A stretch of DNA of 64,000 nt, taken from NCBI RefSeq assembly GCF_009914755.1, contig NC_060933.1; one strand, written 5' to 3'. Position numbers and translations under genes: made by a program. Under the pieces are notes generated by a model, which was not told the origin of the DNA, did not search any database, and saw only the letters and a program-made list of their open reading frames with translations. Shown here in pieces: positions 38,262 to 60,420 of this stretch. The stretch is from the human T2T-CHM13v2.0 reference genome, Homo sapiens. How positions within the stretch are numbered: the first letter of the stretch is position 1; each line of letters starts with the position of its first letter.

Positions 38262-38486
38262 GTCCTGTCCTATAGAACTTCCTGCAATGATGGCAACATT
38301 TTACATCTGCTCTATCCAATACGGCAGCCACTAGCCACATGGGACCATTGCGTACTTGAAAGATGGCTAGTGAGACTGAAGAACTAAATATTTAATTTGA
38401 TTTCACTTAAATTTAAATTTAAATTCACAAAAAGTAAATTTAAATAATCTCATGTAACTAGTGGCTACCGTACTGCACAATGCAGG
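38262..38486 (+). mobile_element. MER3 hAT DNA transposon
   Basis: TAGAACTTCCTGCAATGATGG...GCAGCCACTAGCCACATG...CTAGTGGCTACCGTACTG. Confidence 0.8.
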
Positions 38487-39193
38487 ACTCCACATCACCC
38501 CCACCCCATCACGTATAATTGGGTTCATCTCCCTTGCCCCTGTCCAATCCCCTTGGGAAAGTCTAGTTCCAACTGGTAACCCCTTTTGCCCTGTCCTAGA
38601 CTGCTGACATTAACTTTCCCATGCCTGGCCAATTCACAAGCTATGACACCTCCAATCCTTTTTGCCATCAAATCAAAAACCCAGCTCCTGCCAAGTTGGT
38701 CAAAACCAAGGTAAATTGTTCTTTCAGGGAAAGCCCTTGGCAGCTGGGCTGCTGCTGGTGGTGGAATGTGCTGTTGAAATCCTGCTGCAACTCAGAGCTC
38801 ACCATGGAAGCGGCATTCCAAAGTAGGGGTCCCGTGACTCACCTATGTTAACATTACACAACCAAGATACAGGAACCACAGACACAAAAGGAACCCTCCC
38901 CATATCCTCCTTCTCCTTTGGGAAACTTCAAGTCCTGGTTCAAGCTAAGGAAAGAAAATTTGGAGAAGAATGTCTTGAGTAGAATCAGAGCCATGCCAGT
39001 GAAGTGTTGATAGGAGTGAGAGCCGTGAAGGGCCTCTGAAGTGAGCCAGCTGGCCTGAAGCTAGTGATCCTGGTGATCTTGAGGAGGGTACAGTGGTACA
39101 AGGAAGGAATGGACTTATATGGGCTTAAGAGAAAATAGACGCAGGGCAATACAGATGGTAGATCCTGACCATCATTTTAGAAGTTTAGCGTCA

Positions 39194-40243
<1,050 letters not shown>

Positions 40244-41871
40244 GGGGCATGGTTCTTATTTTAATATTGAGGAGGCTGATGTATATGAAGAGCAAAAAAA
40301 AAAAAAGGAAGAAGCCTGTGGAGAGGGAGAGACCAAAGGGATGAAGAGCAGCAGAGAACAAAGAGGAGGTTTATGGAGAAGGAATACATGGCATTTTCTT
40401 CCTTTCCTTTTCTTTTAACTGGTGATTTCTGCTTTAGATAGATGGCGTTTTCTGAAGCTGGAGGGAAGATGAGGCCCGGGAAGCTGGGTGTAGCTGAGAA
40501 TTGACAAATGCTTATCAAAGGCACTCTGCTTTTCATTCCCAAGGGAATAATAAAAAGGATAGCACCTCTTTATGCTGTGCAGAGATTTATGGTTTATTAA
40601 GTGCTGTCACAGACATTACCACATTTAATTACTCTTTATGACAACCCTGGCAGGGAGGTGTTTTTATCCCCGGTTTATACCGAGGAAACTGGGGCTCAGA
40701 GAAGTCCTGGGACATGCCCCAGGTGACATAGCTGGGAAGCAGCAGTGCGGTCTACGATCGGAACTCCTGGATCCCACAGCTGTTTGGCTGGGCCTCCTTC
40801 CCTTGCTGACGTCCTCTTCAAACTGAAACCTGGCCCTACCCAGCGGCCACACGGGCTCCCGCCCTGACTGACTCACTGGGAGGGGGCCCCTGTTCTCCAC
40901 TCCTCGGAGCCAGTTTCTGACCTTGATGTCTCCACCCTCTCTTCAATTTCTGCTCTGAGATACCCTCCCTCCCTTCATCTCCCCCTCCCCCCCTTCATCT
41001 CCCCCTCCCCCGGGCCTTTTCTCTCTTTTGATTAAGCTGTTAGAAATGAAGGCAGGCATTTTGATAATAGTAAGATGGAGTCCACAACAGGACCATCCTG
41101 CTCTGCCACTCCCCATTCTGCTCGTGGGATTCTCAAGGGACCAGACGCCACCAACCATAGCAACAGGATACAGGCTGCACTTTGTTATCTGCGGGGCCTG
41201 CCCAGGGCTCAGGGCTCTCCAGTAAAGCTGGAATGGAGCCTGCGGCCGTCTGTAGGCCTAACAGGGCCTCTCCTTCTGCCCGAGCCCTCCTTCTTTGAGA
41301 GATGTTTCCTCCTTCTGTTCAGTAGCAGACTCGATGGAGAAGCAAAGGCAAGTGTGTTTAGGTGTGGGTGGAAGGAGGAGAGGGCCACATTCTTGTGTGT
41401 CATTTTTTTTTTACACTCAGTGACCCTATTTGCGAGTAAACTTGGCCTAGCTGCTGTACTGGAACGCGACCAATCAGATTAGCTTTCTCTCCTCTGAAGA
41501 GCTGAGGAAGGAGACTTGCCCAGTGTTGGGAGTTGGGCAGGACCTCTCTGCCCATTATAGCAGTTGAAGCTAGAAACATCCATCTCTTCCTCACCCCCAA
41601 CATCTACACCCCCAATCCCCAACTTGTCCCCAGCCATCCCTCAGGCCCCTGGACCACTGCACTGGCCTCCTCCTGCAGCCTCTCTGCAGCACCCAGGGTA
41701 AAATTCCTGAAAGGGAGATGGACCCTATAGTTCCCCTACTGACAATCTTGCAGCAGGGCTGGTGACAAGGGACGCCAGCAAAAAGGACACAAAGTTCTAG
41801 GAGTCTGAAAGGGGCCCTGGGTGGTCTTTGTTGCCTAAATGGACAAATTTCACTTTAAAGAATTGTAGGTT

Positions 41872-42169
<298 letters not shown>

Positions 42170-42305
42170 GTCTGGGGTTTGAAAAACTATCTTTGAGATC
42201 TAATTCTACCCATGCTCACCACCCCTTGACCTTAGTTAAGTCACTTCTCCGTGGGCCTGCCTGCCCTGGTAGAGCTCTACCCCCCAACCCTGCACCCTAC
42301 AACCC

Positions 42306-42307
<2 letters not shown>

Positions 42308-42351
<44 letters not shown>
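42308..42351. repeat. (CA)22 microsatellite
   Basis: Seen directly. Confidence 0.95.
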
Positions 42352-42355
<4 letters not shown>

Positions 42356-43526
42356 GGATGGCATATATAGCTGTTCATTACATAGCCATGGTCACCACGA
42401 GAGAGTGAACATCAGACAATCTAGTCCAGAAGCATTGTCCGGAGGTGGCATTTGAATCCTGGCTGTGACACTTCTTGGCTATGTGACCTTGGGCACAGAA
42501 TTTGAGTCCTCACACCTTAGTTTCTCATCTGTTACGAGGCCATAATAATAGTAGTGACCTCCTAGGTCTGTTGTAGGGAGTAAACCATGTAAAGCACCTC
42601 AACTCTGATGGGTAAGTACCCAATAAATGTGAATTGTTATTGTTCACATTAGTGGTCATGTTATTATTGATAATTTTACTTCCACTGAAAAAATAGAAAC
42701 TTTCTGGGTCAGAGCCTGACTAGCCTGGCAGGGGGCCCAGGGAGGAAAGGGGCCCCAAGCCTCGGGCAGGAGAGTAGCAGTAAGGTCAGCAGCCCAGAGC
42801 CTTTGGTCTGCGGGTTGGCAAGGACCATGCAGAAGAGCGGGGGGGTCAGTGGGGGTGGTGATGGGTGGGGAGAGAGAGAAAGCAAGCTTTGGCTGTGGCC
42901 AGGGAACAAGCTCCCAGGGAACAGAAAGTCTGCAAACCGGTCTGGGCAGTCCCAGAGCCAGGCTGGGTTAGCTGGTACAGGCTGGCATCTGGTAGGCAGA
43001 AGGCTGCCCATAGTACAGCTGCCCTTGGGCACTGCCTGAGACCTCCTCTCCCATCTGGGAAGCACTGTCAGGGACTCTCCAGGCATGGCCTGTGACAGCC
43101 CTTCCGGGTCTGAGAGAGAGAGAGAAAGGCTGCTTTAGGGAAATCTGGGGCACACACTCTACTACTAAAACCATACCACACCACTTAAAGTCCAACAGAG
43201 CTGGATTTCAAACCCCACTCCCACAAGGGTAACAACATCATTCAATGGCCAAAGGATAGTCTTTTCAATAAGTGGTGCTGGGAAAAACTGGATATCCACA
43301 TACAAAAGAGTGAAGTTGGACCCTTACCTTCTATCATATAAAAAAATTAACTCAAAATAGATCAAAGACATAAACCTAAGAACTAATGCTATAAAACTCT
43401 TAGAAGAAAATATAGGGGAAAATCTTCATGACATTTAATTTGGCATTAATTTTTTGCATATAACTCTCAAAGGCACAGGCAAAAAAAAAGAAAAAATAGA
43501 TAAATTGGACTTCATCTAAATGAGAA

Positions 43527-43819
<293 letters not shown>

Positions 43820-43952
43820 TAAATGAGAAACTTTTGTGCATCAAAGGACACTATCAACAAAGTGAAGACAACCTACAGAATGAGACAAAGTATTTGAAAA
43901 TCATATATATATGTTAAAGGATTAGTATCCAGACTATATAAAGAACATTTAC

Positions 43953-44223
43953 AGAGCAGTGGGTCACGCCTGTATTCCAAGCACTTTGGGAGGCCAAGGC
44001 AGGTGGATCACCAGGTCAGGAGTTCGAGACCAGCCTGGCCAACATAGTGAAACCCCATCTTTACTAAAAATACAAAAATTAACTGGGCATGGTGGCGGGC
44101 GCCTGTAATCCCAGCTACTCAGGAGGCTGAGGCAGGAGAATGGCTTGAACCCAGGAGGCAGAGGTTACAGTGAGCCGAGATTGCACCACTGCACCCCAGC
44201 CCCAGTGACAATCCAAGAGTCTG

Positions 44224-44230
<7 letters not shown>
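43953..44230 (+). mobile_element. AluS with (CT)n(CA)n tail
   Basis: Alu motifs. Confidence 0.85.
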
Positions 44231-44256
<26 letters not shown>

Positions 44257-45642
44257 AAGAAAATTTAAAATTCAACAACAAAAAACAACTCAATTCAAAA
44301 ATGGGCAAAAGATTTGAATAACTATTTCTCCAGAGAAGTATACAAATGGTCAACAAACACATGAAATGTTGCTCAACACCACAAACCATTAGGAAAGTGC
44401 AAATCAAAACCATAATTTATACCACTTCACATCTATTAGGATAACTATTATTTAAAAAACAAAACAAACAAACAAAAAAACAGAAAAGACCGAGTGTTGA
44501 CCAGGATGCAGAGAAGCTGGAACCCTCAGGCATTCCTGGTGGGAATAGAAAATGGTGCAGCTACTGTGGAAAACAGTCTGGCAGTTTCTCCAAAAGTTGT
44601 AATAGAATTATCTTGCGATTCAACAATTCCACTCCTATGTTTATATACCCACAAATAAAGGAGAAACTCAAACACATAGGTGTATACCAATGTTCATAGC
44701 AACATTATCCACAATAACTAAAAGGTAGAAATAAATATTCAAATGTCCACCAACAGATAAATGGATAAACAAAACATGGTATATTAATATAATGGACTAT
44801 TATTTGGCTATAAAAAGGAATGAAGTACTGATCCATGCTGTGTTACGGATGAAACTTGGAAACATTATGCTAAATGAAATAAAGCAGACACAAAGAGACA
44901 AATATTATACGATTCCAGTTATGTGAGGTATCTAGATAGGGAAATTCATAGACACAGAAAGCAGAATAAAGGTAATCAGAGGATAGGGAAAGACTGAATG
45001 GGGAGTTAACATTTAGTGGGTACAGAGTTTCAGCTTGAGATGATGAAAACTTTCTGGACACAGATGGTAATGATGGTTGCATAACATTGTGAATGTATTT
45101 AATGCCAATAATAGTAGACTTAAACTGGTTAAAATGGTAATATTTTTACGTTATGTATATTTTACCACAATTTTTTTTTGGGGGGGACAGAGTCTCGCTT
45201 TGTCACCCAGGCTGGAGTGCTGTGGCTCAGTCATGGCCCACTAACCTTGACCTCCTGGGCTCAATCAATCCTCCTAGCTCAGCCTCCGAAGTAGCTGGGA
45301 CTACAGGTGCACCCTACCATGCCTAATTTTGTATTCACAGTTAAAAGAAAACCTACTCTACCACTTCCAGTATGATCTTGAGCGAGTCAATTAAGTGATC
45401 TATGCCTCAGTTTCCTTAACTTTAAAAGGGGAATAATAATTGGGAGGATTAAAGATATCCCATGGTTGAAATGCCTGGGGCACAATAGTTGCTCAAGTAT
45501 TTTTTCCCTTATTGCCTTTTTTTCCCAAAAACAAAAATAGCTTTATTTCTCTCCTTGATTGTAAAACAAACATACTCCCTGTGAAAACATTCTTCTCAGG
45601 CAATATCTAACATAGAGAAACAAGTTTTAAAAAACGTAAGTT

Positions 45643-46142
<500 letters not shown>

Positions 46143-48522
46143 ATGTCTCTAAAATATAAAAATAAAAAAAATTAACAAACAAAAAACAAGAAATAACACA
46201 ATCCCATCATTTAAAGAAAACCAGATACCATTTTGATACACATCTTTTCAGACATTTTTTTTCTATTTCCATACATGTGCATACACACAGACATAACTTT
46301 ATATTAAGTAAACAGCATTCTTTAGGTAAAGCAAAAAAGTGTAATATTTTTAAATAAAATATAAAACAGAACATGACAGTGCAATAAACAAATGCAATAG
46401 TCTACCAATATAAACACATCCTAAAATTTTAAGAAATTTAGAATAGTCTGTATGATTTCACATTCCTGACCTTGGAAATTTACGTTCTAGTAGTATGGGG
46501 GAGTTGGGGAGCACAACAGATACATTTTTTTTCTGAACAAAAAACGAGATGCTTTCCACATGCTATGTTGTAGCTTTCCCTTTCAGTCCATAAAATACCT
46601 TTCCAACATCCTTATTGACTTTTCAAATGTATTATTTAAAGTGCTTCTTAAGACGCATTTGCATTTTGACACCGCGTGTGAGTTTCTGCAGTGGAGTAAC
46701 TGGATGCTCTGTTTTTTCTTGCTGTAGGCCACACACTGAATTTAGTGTGCTGGTGACCGTAATGCCGCAGCAGGAATTCTCAAAGTACCTTCTTCACGAC
46801 ACCATTTCTTCAGCATGCTTCAGCCTATGAAACTCCTTTGGCAGGCAGAATAGATTCCAGAAAGATGCTTCAAACATTTTCCTCTTAAGGATTCACTGAG
46901 AATTTGTTAAAGGAACATTGAAGGCTCTGATCAGTCTTGCAGTAGAGAAATCGGTTTAATTTTGTTTCATCCAGTTGTCTCTTCTTTACATGAACACCGA
47001 ACACTTTGGCCACATAACCAGAGTGACGTGGATGTTTGATAAGCGTGTGTGTCAGTCATTGTGTATAAAACACCTATGGGAAACACTGTAGTCAGGCATT
47101 TACTAAAACAGAAAAGGGCTGCATTTCTGACCGGTGGGGTTTTAGGATGCTGTCACTAGAGATGTTGAAACCTCTGTTTTATTTCTGAAAATATTGGGAA
47201 TAAAAGGCTTAATAGCAGAAAAAGGGGCTGTCTAAAAGATATTATTGTTGGGAAACTCAGGGAAAAGAGAAGACATGGATAGTAAATGCCAATGGGAAAT
47301 GGTTCATCTTCACCAATAATCAAAGTTAATGAAAATTAAAACAGATTTGGGGCACTTTCTGACATTTACTAAAAAAAAATATGGGGAGGTGGGAGGGAAA
47401 TGCAAAATAGTATTCCTAGTGCTGGAAAGGTTGTGATAAACTGACATAGTCTGTTTCAGTGGTTACAATGACAGTGTAAATTTACGCAACCTATTGGAAG
47501 GCAGTATGTAGCAAGAACCACAAAGATAGTTATCTCTTTGACATAGTAATCCCACTGCTAGCAATCTATCCTAAGAAAATATTGAACAGAAAGCTTACAC
47601 TGAAGTACCACCGACAATAGTAAAATGCTGGCTGTCTCTTTTGCTAAAGTTTCACATAAGAGGTATGAGATGAGGTAGAAATGTCCTGTTGGAGGTGACT
47701 AAGTACACTGGGAAATATTAAGAAGCGGGTATTCGTGCGTTTGAATTCCCTGAGGAATTTTTAAAACACAGAGTCCAAGGCTGGTATCACATTTGTGCAA
47801 AATCAGTCTTTGGCTCTCTACCTAAGTGACTACGTTTGGCTTCTCTCTTCCCACTCCCTACCTTCCATTTCCAGTGTCAGATTCTCTCTGCTTCCAGTTT
47901 AGAGTCCAGAAAGGGAGAATCTGACTGGAAGATATTCTTATGTGCCAAGTCACAGGTCACCGGCCAGCCAATGAAATCAGCTTGCTTTGTGGTCAGTGCC
48001 CAGCCCTGATCCCAACCACTGTAGATGGTTGAGCAGGGTCATACAAAACACAGTCCCCTATGCCTCTCTGCCTCTGTCTTCTCAGTAGGGCCAATGGACG
48101 AGACAGTTTGCTCTGGTTTCAAAGGCAATCAGAAAAACATCTTGTAGCTCTTTTGGGGGAAAAAGCAGATTATGTCATCCCACATTTCCAGTTGATAAGA
48201 AATCCAACTGACCCTTTAGCTTGGGTTACAGTAGAAAATCTAGGTGAACCAGCCTGCCTTACTTGGCCAAGTATTCTAATAGAGATAAATACTGCATAGC
48301 CATGTAATAAACAACCACTGAGACAATTAGCAAATATAACCTCCAGTAGCATGGGCTTTGGCCTCCCACAAATTTCAGAAATGTTGCCTTCACTTGGGTC
48401 AGGGTTTTAAGTAGCACTTTCCCAAATTATGTTAGCAAATTAGCAGTTTGGAACATCCTGCTCAGCTTCAGAGATCCTTGCCAACCTCATCCTGCTCAGA
48501 GAAAGCCATGCACAGTCTTTTC

Positions 48523-48852
<330 letters not shown>

Positions 48853-49037
48853 TAATGTTTCCTCTTGCTGAAGTTTGCCCAGTGCAGTAGGGTTAACTGA
48901 GGAGGGGCCTCAGTATTGGAGCTGCCAGACTGATGAACAAGAAGCCTGAATGTCCAGGGTTGCAAGATAAAAGAGGAACCCAGGCAGAGGTAAAGATGCC
49001 CTCTTTCCCTGAGCATCTCAAGGTCAGCGAACTTCTT

Positions 49038-49235
49038 GCTGTGCTATCTAATATGAGAGCCACTAGCCACCTGTGGCTATTTAAATTTAATGAAACAAAA
49101 TTTGAAAATTCTGCTCCTCAGTTGCCCTAGCAACGTTCAAGTATTTTAGAGCCACATGTGTCTAGCGGCTACCATTTTAGACAGTGCAGAGGAAAACCGT
49201 TTCCTTCAGTGCAGAGAGTTCTGTTGGACAGAGCT
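49038..49235 (-). mobile_element. MER3 DNA transposon
   Basis: GCCACTAGCCACCTGTGGCTATTTAAATTTAA...GAGAGTTCTGTTGGACAG. Confidence 0.75.
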
Positions 49236-49363
49236 CTGTCCCTGTGTTCCCTCCCTGCTCCCCACCTGCTAAATGTCGGTCATGCTGTGCCCACCCTGTG
49301 GGTACAGATATCACAAAGCCAGTTTGGAAATCTCTTGAGAGTTTAGTATTTGTGCTTGGAGAC

Positions 49364-51366
<2,003 letters not shown>

Positions 51367-51605
51367 GAAAATTTTTTTCATAGTGATTTTTTTCAGGGGA
51401 TCTGTTTCTTAGGTCTAAGTGCGATACCTAACTTATCAAATAAATTTGTCTTTGATTTAAAAATATAAAATAATTTTCTATTTCTGGTGATTTAAAAACA
51501 TAGATAGATGAGAGACAAATAGATTAATTTGAAATTTAGCCACAAGAGGTCCAATGTATATATGGGTTAAACAGTCCTTGACACTTAGTAACCAAAATGT
51601 TTTAA

Positions 51606-52817
<1,212 letters not shown>

Positions 52818-53955
52818 TGCTACTTTCAACTTATCAGAGAAGTCTGGCTTCTCCTAACTGTTGGGTTCTTGATCCCCTGATCAGTCCCACCCCAACAACC
52901 CCTTCCTTGGCCCCTGAAGAAGCATGGCTAGTTTTCCAGGCGCAGTTCCTGGTTCAGGACAATGCACTTCTGCAGACAGCTCTCAGAGCCCCCAAAGCAG
53001 CTGCTGAGCCTCCCTGCTTCCCACACCCAGAAATCTCTTTCCGTGGGTCTTGCCAGAAGGCCTGGGGTTCCTGAAGCCCCGCCTACCTTAAGGCTGCCTC
53101 ACTGGAGAGGTACTTCACAAGGGGCCGAGGCCTTCCTGATTGGCATAAGAGCCATTTTTAAATTTTTTGGCCACGGTTAACTAAATGTTCCTGACTTAGC
53201 TGTCAAACTTGAATCAGCCTCTTAGCGGGAAGGCCTGAGGGCATGTTAGCCAGCCCCAGTGTTAACACAGCATGAAGCTGTACCCTAGAAAAAAAGGAGG
53301 AAGGTGATGGCCCTACCTAGAGAAGAATTCTCTTTTACAACTGCAGTTTTAAAGACAGAATTGGCAAGCCAGAAAGAAAGGAGAATAATTCTTACTGAGC
53401 ACCTTCTCTGCATACTCTGCATTCATATATATTTTTTTAATTCTCATAACAACCTAAATGCTTGTATTATTTTCCCCAGGCCTGCCTGTAACATCTGTGG
53501 GGCCAGGATGAGGTCCACATACCATATGCCTCAATTTTTCAAAGTTAAAAATTACGCTAATAAGCTATTAACTAAAAGATGCGCTAACCTCCTAACTTGA
53601 CACATGTCTTCTTAATGACCTGGAAGGCCAAGTTCACATTTAGAATTCTTAAGCTCATCAGTGTTCTGTGCTGAACTGTAGCCAGGCAGGGAGAGCTGCC
53701 CCCTTCTCTTCTCAACCCTGACGCTGTCTTGAACCACCACGAGGACACACCTGTGTGGAAGTAGGATGCTCCAGCTCTGTCCACCTCCATTCTGATCACC
53801 CCCTTCCCATCAGCTGCCTTTGACTTCCTTTGGGGCCTAGGAAGGGCCATGTAGTCCAACCTCAAGGGGAAAGATCTGGGGAGTAACCTTCAGAGAACCC
53901 AGAAGTGGGCTCAGCCTCATTTGGACAGGGAATTTCAGGGTCCTGGCTCTTGTAA

Positions 53956-54295
<340 letters not shown>

Positions 54296-54999
54296 CTAAG
54301 AGGCAGGTCCCTTTGGCCCCATGAAACCCCTGCCCAGCAGGGTGAGTATAGGCAAAAGAACACTGGAATAGGGCCTTATAGTTGATGGGTTGATGAGGGT
54401 TGATGACAGCAGGGGCCCCTGTTGCCTTAGCTTAAAGGTTTTATTGACTTCATTTCCTGCGCAAATGAGCTAATCAAACAGCGTTGCCGGGAGAGGCCAA
54501 TCCTTGGGACAATGAACCCAGGGAGAAGAGGCAAAGTCCTTAATCCAAGGAGAACAGCTGGTGGCATGTTAATCCATGGGTGATGCAGGGTTGACACACC
54601 AGTACTGCACATTCTCAGGTCACTTGCTGAGTTCATGGATGTGAAACGGAATGCTCAGATGCCAAACATCTCATGACCATCACATAGCCAGTCAGCGACA
54701 GAGCTAGGCTGTGAACTCGTATCTGTCTCATTCCAAGATCCCTGCTCTTTCTATATTCCGTATTACTCCATGAAAAACCATAGAGGAGGGTGGCTGAGGT
54801 TGAAAAGAAAAGAGGATGCAGAAATTAGAGGGCTGAGTCTTCAGGATTTGATGAATCTTAGCTTTCCTGACTACAACACAAACCAAAGTCCAGTCCAAGG
54901 GGCTCCTGAATATCAGTTGGACACCCAGATAAGCTCCTGACTGATTGCCACCCTCTAGCCCCCGTAGGCCATACTCCTGCACTTAAAATGCAAGATTCT

Positions 55000-56095
<1,096 letters not shown>

Positions 56096-56154
56096 ATGTA
56101 TATACCTATTGAGGTATTAAAAGTCTTGGCCTTCTTTCATTATCCTTTTAAGAC

Positions 56155-56290
56155 CAGTGGTTCTCAATCTGGACTCACGTTGAAATCACCTGGAGAGTTT
56201 TAAGGGACACTAAAGTCTGGGTCCCAACCCCAGAGATTTTGTTGTGATTGCTCTGGGTGTGAGGACTTTAAAAAATTCCCCAAGTAATTT
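56155..56290. mobile_element. MER5A-like DNA transposon
   Basis: CAGTGGTTCTCAATCT...AAATCACCTGGAGAGTTTT...CCCCAGAGATT. Confidence 0.7.
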
Positions 56291-57493
56291 TTTTTGCACA
56301 ACTAAGATGGTGCATGGGTTTGAAGGGCGAGTCTTGCAGGTCTCACAGTAACTATCTGAGTTGCTTTTAGTATTTGAAAGTATGGACCTTGAGCCTGCCG
56401 AGACCCGGTATTTCCAAAGCTTCCCAACTTTGTTAACTGTGAAACGTCATTGACTTCCAGGGTCATAGGCATACTCTCCATACAGTCTAAGTTCTTCCTG
56501 CAATTATGGCTTTAAGGAAAGAGGGTCTTAATTTGTCTCCTGCATAAATGAGCAAGTCAAGTGTGGTGGGCCAGGAGGGGGCCAATGCCTGGGAAGATAG
56601 ATCCAGGGGGAAGAGGCAGAATGCTTATCCCAAGGGGAACAGCTTGTGCCATCTTCATCCTTGAGGGTTCTTGGGTCACTTGCTGAGGGGTTTTTCCCTC
56701 TCTTTTCAGCTGCATTTATCCAGCTACTATGGGCTGCTCGGGCTCTGGCAGGATCTCCCTGTGTCAGAGTCTTCTACAGTAAGAACCCTCTCAAAAGGTG
56801 TGGAAGGGGAAACAGAAGAGGAGCTAAAGGCTCAGGAGCTCAGGTCCCTGCCCCCACCTCGTCCTCCTCAGCACAGCCCAGATCACGTGGGTTGCCACCC
56901 ACTCATTTGTTGGTGACTCTGAACCTTGGTTAGGGACAATTACCCACCACAGTCTCTCAAGCAGCTGCTTAGAACTTGCCCAGCGAGTTCTGCAGCAAGG
57001 TCTGGCCTGCTGAACTCACCCCAGGACTGTGGCTCCCTGAGGCTGGAGCGGAGCCTTTTTTCAGAAGCCTCTCAGATCGACTTTCTTTATAAGCTGAATG
57101 TGGCCTTTGCGGTCACCCTCTTGGTCATCCACAGATCTAAAGATTCCTGACCACACTTGTTGTCAGCCGAAATAACAAACCAAGCTCTCTCCCGACCCAC
57201 GATGGAACCAGGCCTGGGAAGAGAATGCCCACATTGTTTTATTGTGAGATCAGGCATAGCTTTCCCAGTGGTAAAGGGAAACCCTCAAATGCCTTTAATA
57301 CTTCTGCCAGTCCTGGCAGGTTATTTTCATTCTTCACCAGGGCACAGAAAACGATTGTTTCAGGGAACTCTCAAGCTCCCTCTAGTGTTTTCAATATATT
57401 GGGCATTACCTGAGCATCAACATTTTGAGGGACCTAAGGAAATAATCAGATGTTTGGACTAAGACTTATGAATGGAGATCATCATACCAGTGA

Positions 57494-57797
<304 letters not shown>

Positions 57798-58169
57798 CAG
57801 TGATATTTATTATGATAGTAAAAAATATAAGTAACCCAAATAGGGAAGTGGAAAAATAATCATGATACAGTATGGCATACCACTTTGAAACACTGATGTT
57901 TATGAAGACTTTTTAATGACATGGGAAAATGTTCATGACGTTATCGTGTTAATGAAATTGTACGTACATTGAGATATACACAATGTAAAGAAGTATGTAA
58001 TATGTGCACAGAAAAATGTTGGAAAGAAATGTCCCCAACTGTCAGCTATTTCTAGGGGTGGGATTATAGGTCATTTAAATTTTCTTCTTGAGTCTATATC
58101 TGAAAGTCCCACACTGAGTTTGTAGAAAAATATAATTAGGATACAGGAATTTACAATCTGGAAAAAGTT

Positions 58170-58620
58170 ATTCTATCAGTCGGGGCCTCAATAGGAAACA
58201 GGTGGTACACTAACATCAAAACGGTTTGAGGATGGTTCGTTGATAAGGGGATTAATTTCAAAAGTGTGGGAGTGTGGGGAAATCACAAGGGATGCTGCAG
58301 GGTCTTTCGTATAGAGCTACAGAGCTGTTACCATTGCTAGGAGAAAGAGAAGAGGCAAGGAAGGAGTTCACAGAACCTAGAAGGAGAAAGAGACACACAG
58401 CTGGCCACAGTAAGAGGAGCAATGACTTTCGGTTGGGGGAAGACCCAACCAAAGGTGACCTCATAGTGTCTGTCACTTGCCTCCCTCCTCTGATCTCCTG
58501 GGGATCCCTGCTAGACAGAATCAGCTGAAGCCAGCAGGCAGGAAGATCATGATGCAATCCATACAGACCCATATCATGAGGCTCAGAGCAGAGTACAAAA
58601 GGGTAGAGAGTGATTTAGGG
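58170..58620. mobile_element. Probable old ERVL-class LTR
   Basis: TATCAGTCGGGGCCTCAATAGGAAACAG... resembles ERVL LTR antisense termini; family uncertain. Confidence 0.4.
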
Positions 58621-58674
58621 CTAGGAGGTGTTCATATGAAAGATATCAAGCAGAGATATTTTTGATGTTGTTTT

Positions 58675-60420
58675 GTCTTTAGAAACAGGGTCTCGCTATG
58701 TTGCCCAGGCTGGACTTGAATTCCTGGGCTCAAGTGATCCTCCTGCCCCAGCCTCCCAAATAGCTGGGATTATAGGTGTATGCCACTATGCTCAACCCAA
58801 CAGAGTTTTAAAAAGAATTTGTAAAAGCTTGAAGAATTTATTAAGTGAAAGTCAGAATGGACTTTAGGGTAGTTTTCTAGACCAACCATGGCTTTCATTT
58901 TGCAACATACCTTGATCAAGTCCTGGGAAGATGACCACTGGACTTTCGCAGGGGCAACCTTAGACATGGGCAGCCCTTTGCTCCTGAAAAATACCAACTC
59001 TCTTTGAACCGAAATGATTATTAGAGAGCTGTATGTGAAGAAGCAGAATGATGTAATGGGAAAAGTGCAGAGATAGAACACCTGGATCAAATCCATGCCA
59101 CTTGGGCAATTTATTTGTCTTGGTCTCTTTTCTCACGTGTGAAATAGGTGTAATGAAATTTATGACAGATTTGTTGTGAGGATCAAGAGAGATTATATAT
59201 GTGAAGGAACTCGATATAATATCCCACACATGGGAAGCACTCAGTGGATGTTGAATGTGAACCTGAAATCTGTCTCTTGGAAACTTCTTACTACTGGTCC
59301 CATAGTGACCCAGAGCACATCCTCTGTCTTCCTCACGCTGGTCCTTCAAATGTTTGAAGATAACAGGAATGTCCTCCTGAGTATCCTCTCCTTCAAGCTA
59401 AGTGTTTCTAGTTCCTTTGATCATTTTGGTTTTTTAAACACTGATCCTGTTCCAGGCCGTACAAGGTCGTTCATGCCTGAAATCCCAGCACTTTGGGAGG
59501 CTAAGGCGGGAGGGTTGCTTGAGCCCAGGAATTGGAGACCAGCCTGGGCAACACGGTGAGACCCTGTCTGTACAATTTTTTTTTTAATTAGCTGGGAATG
59601 TTGGCATGCACCTGTGGTCCCAGCTACTTAGGAGGCTGAGGAAGGAGGATTGCTTGAGCCCAGTAGGTCGAGGCTGCTGAGAGCTGTGTTGGTGCTACTG
59701 CACTCCAGCCTGGGTGACGGAACGAGACCCTGTCTCAAAAACAAAACAAAACAAAACAAAACAGGGAGAGGACTTGTTTTTAGATGACCCATGATCCCAG
59801 CCAGATGGATTTCTATAGAAGAGGCATCTGACCAAAGCTGTCCAATTAAATGTCTGCCTGGGGAGTTCTGAAACTGGAAGGAAGCAAATCAAACCCTCTT
59901 TCCTGGTAGGAGCTGAGCAAGGTGTGGATGAGAGGAGCAGAGAAATGGGTGAAGAGGGACTGCTGCAGCATTCAGGCATCTGGTGGCAGTTGCTCCAAAA
60001 GCTCAGGATAGCATGGCCTTTCCAGTGGATTGTCATTCAGTCCTTCTTGGATTCTGCGAACCAATAAAGTCCCATTGTCTAAACCAGTTCCTGGGTTTCT
60101 GAGACTTTCAAATAAAAGAATTGCATTGGCCACAGCATTGGCCAGATTTAAAAGCCTAGAGCATGGGCTCTGGAGTCCAAGACACCTGAGTTTGAATCTT
60201 ATAGCAACCATTTCCTAGTTGTGTAATCTTTAGCAAGTTTCACAACTACTCTGAATCCATTTTCTTTTTTTTTTTTTTTTCCTAATTAGAAAAAAATTTT
60301 TTATAGAGATGGGGTCTTTCTATGTTGCCCAGGCTGGTCTCAAACTCCTGGCCTCAAGCGATCCTCCTGCCTCCACCTGCCAAAGCTCTGGGATTACAGG
60401 TGTCGGCCACCATGCCCCAC
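58675..60420. mobile_element. FLAM (-, 58675-58797), AluJ (+, 59454-59762), FLAM (-, 60264-60420) with MIR pieces
   Basis: Alu and MIR motifs. Confidence 0.8.
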
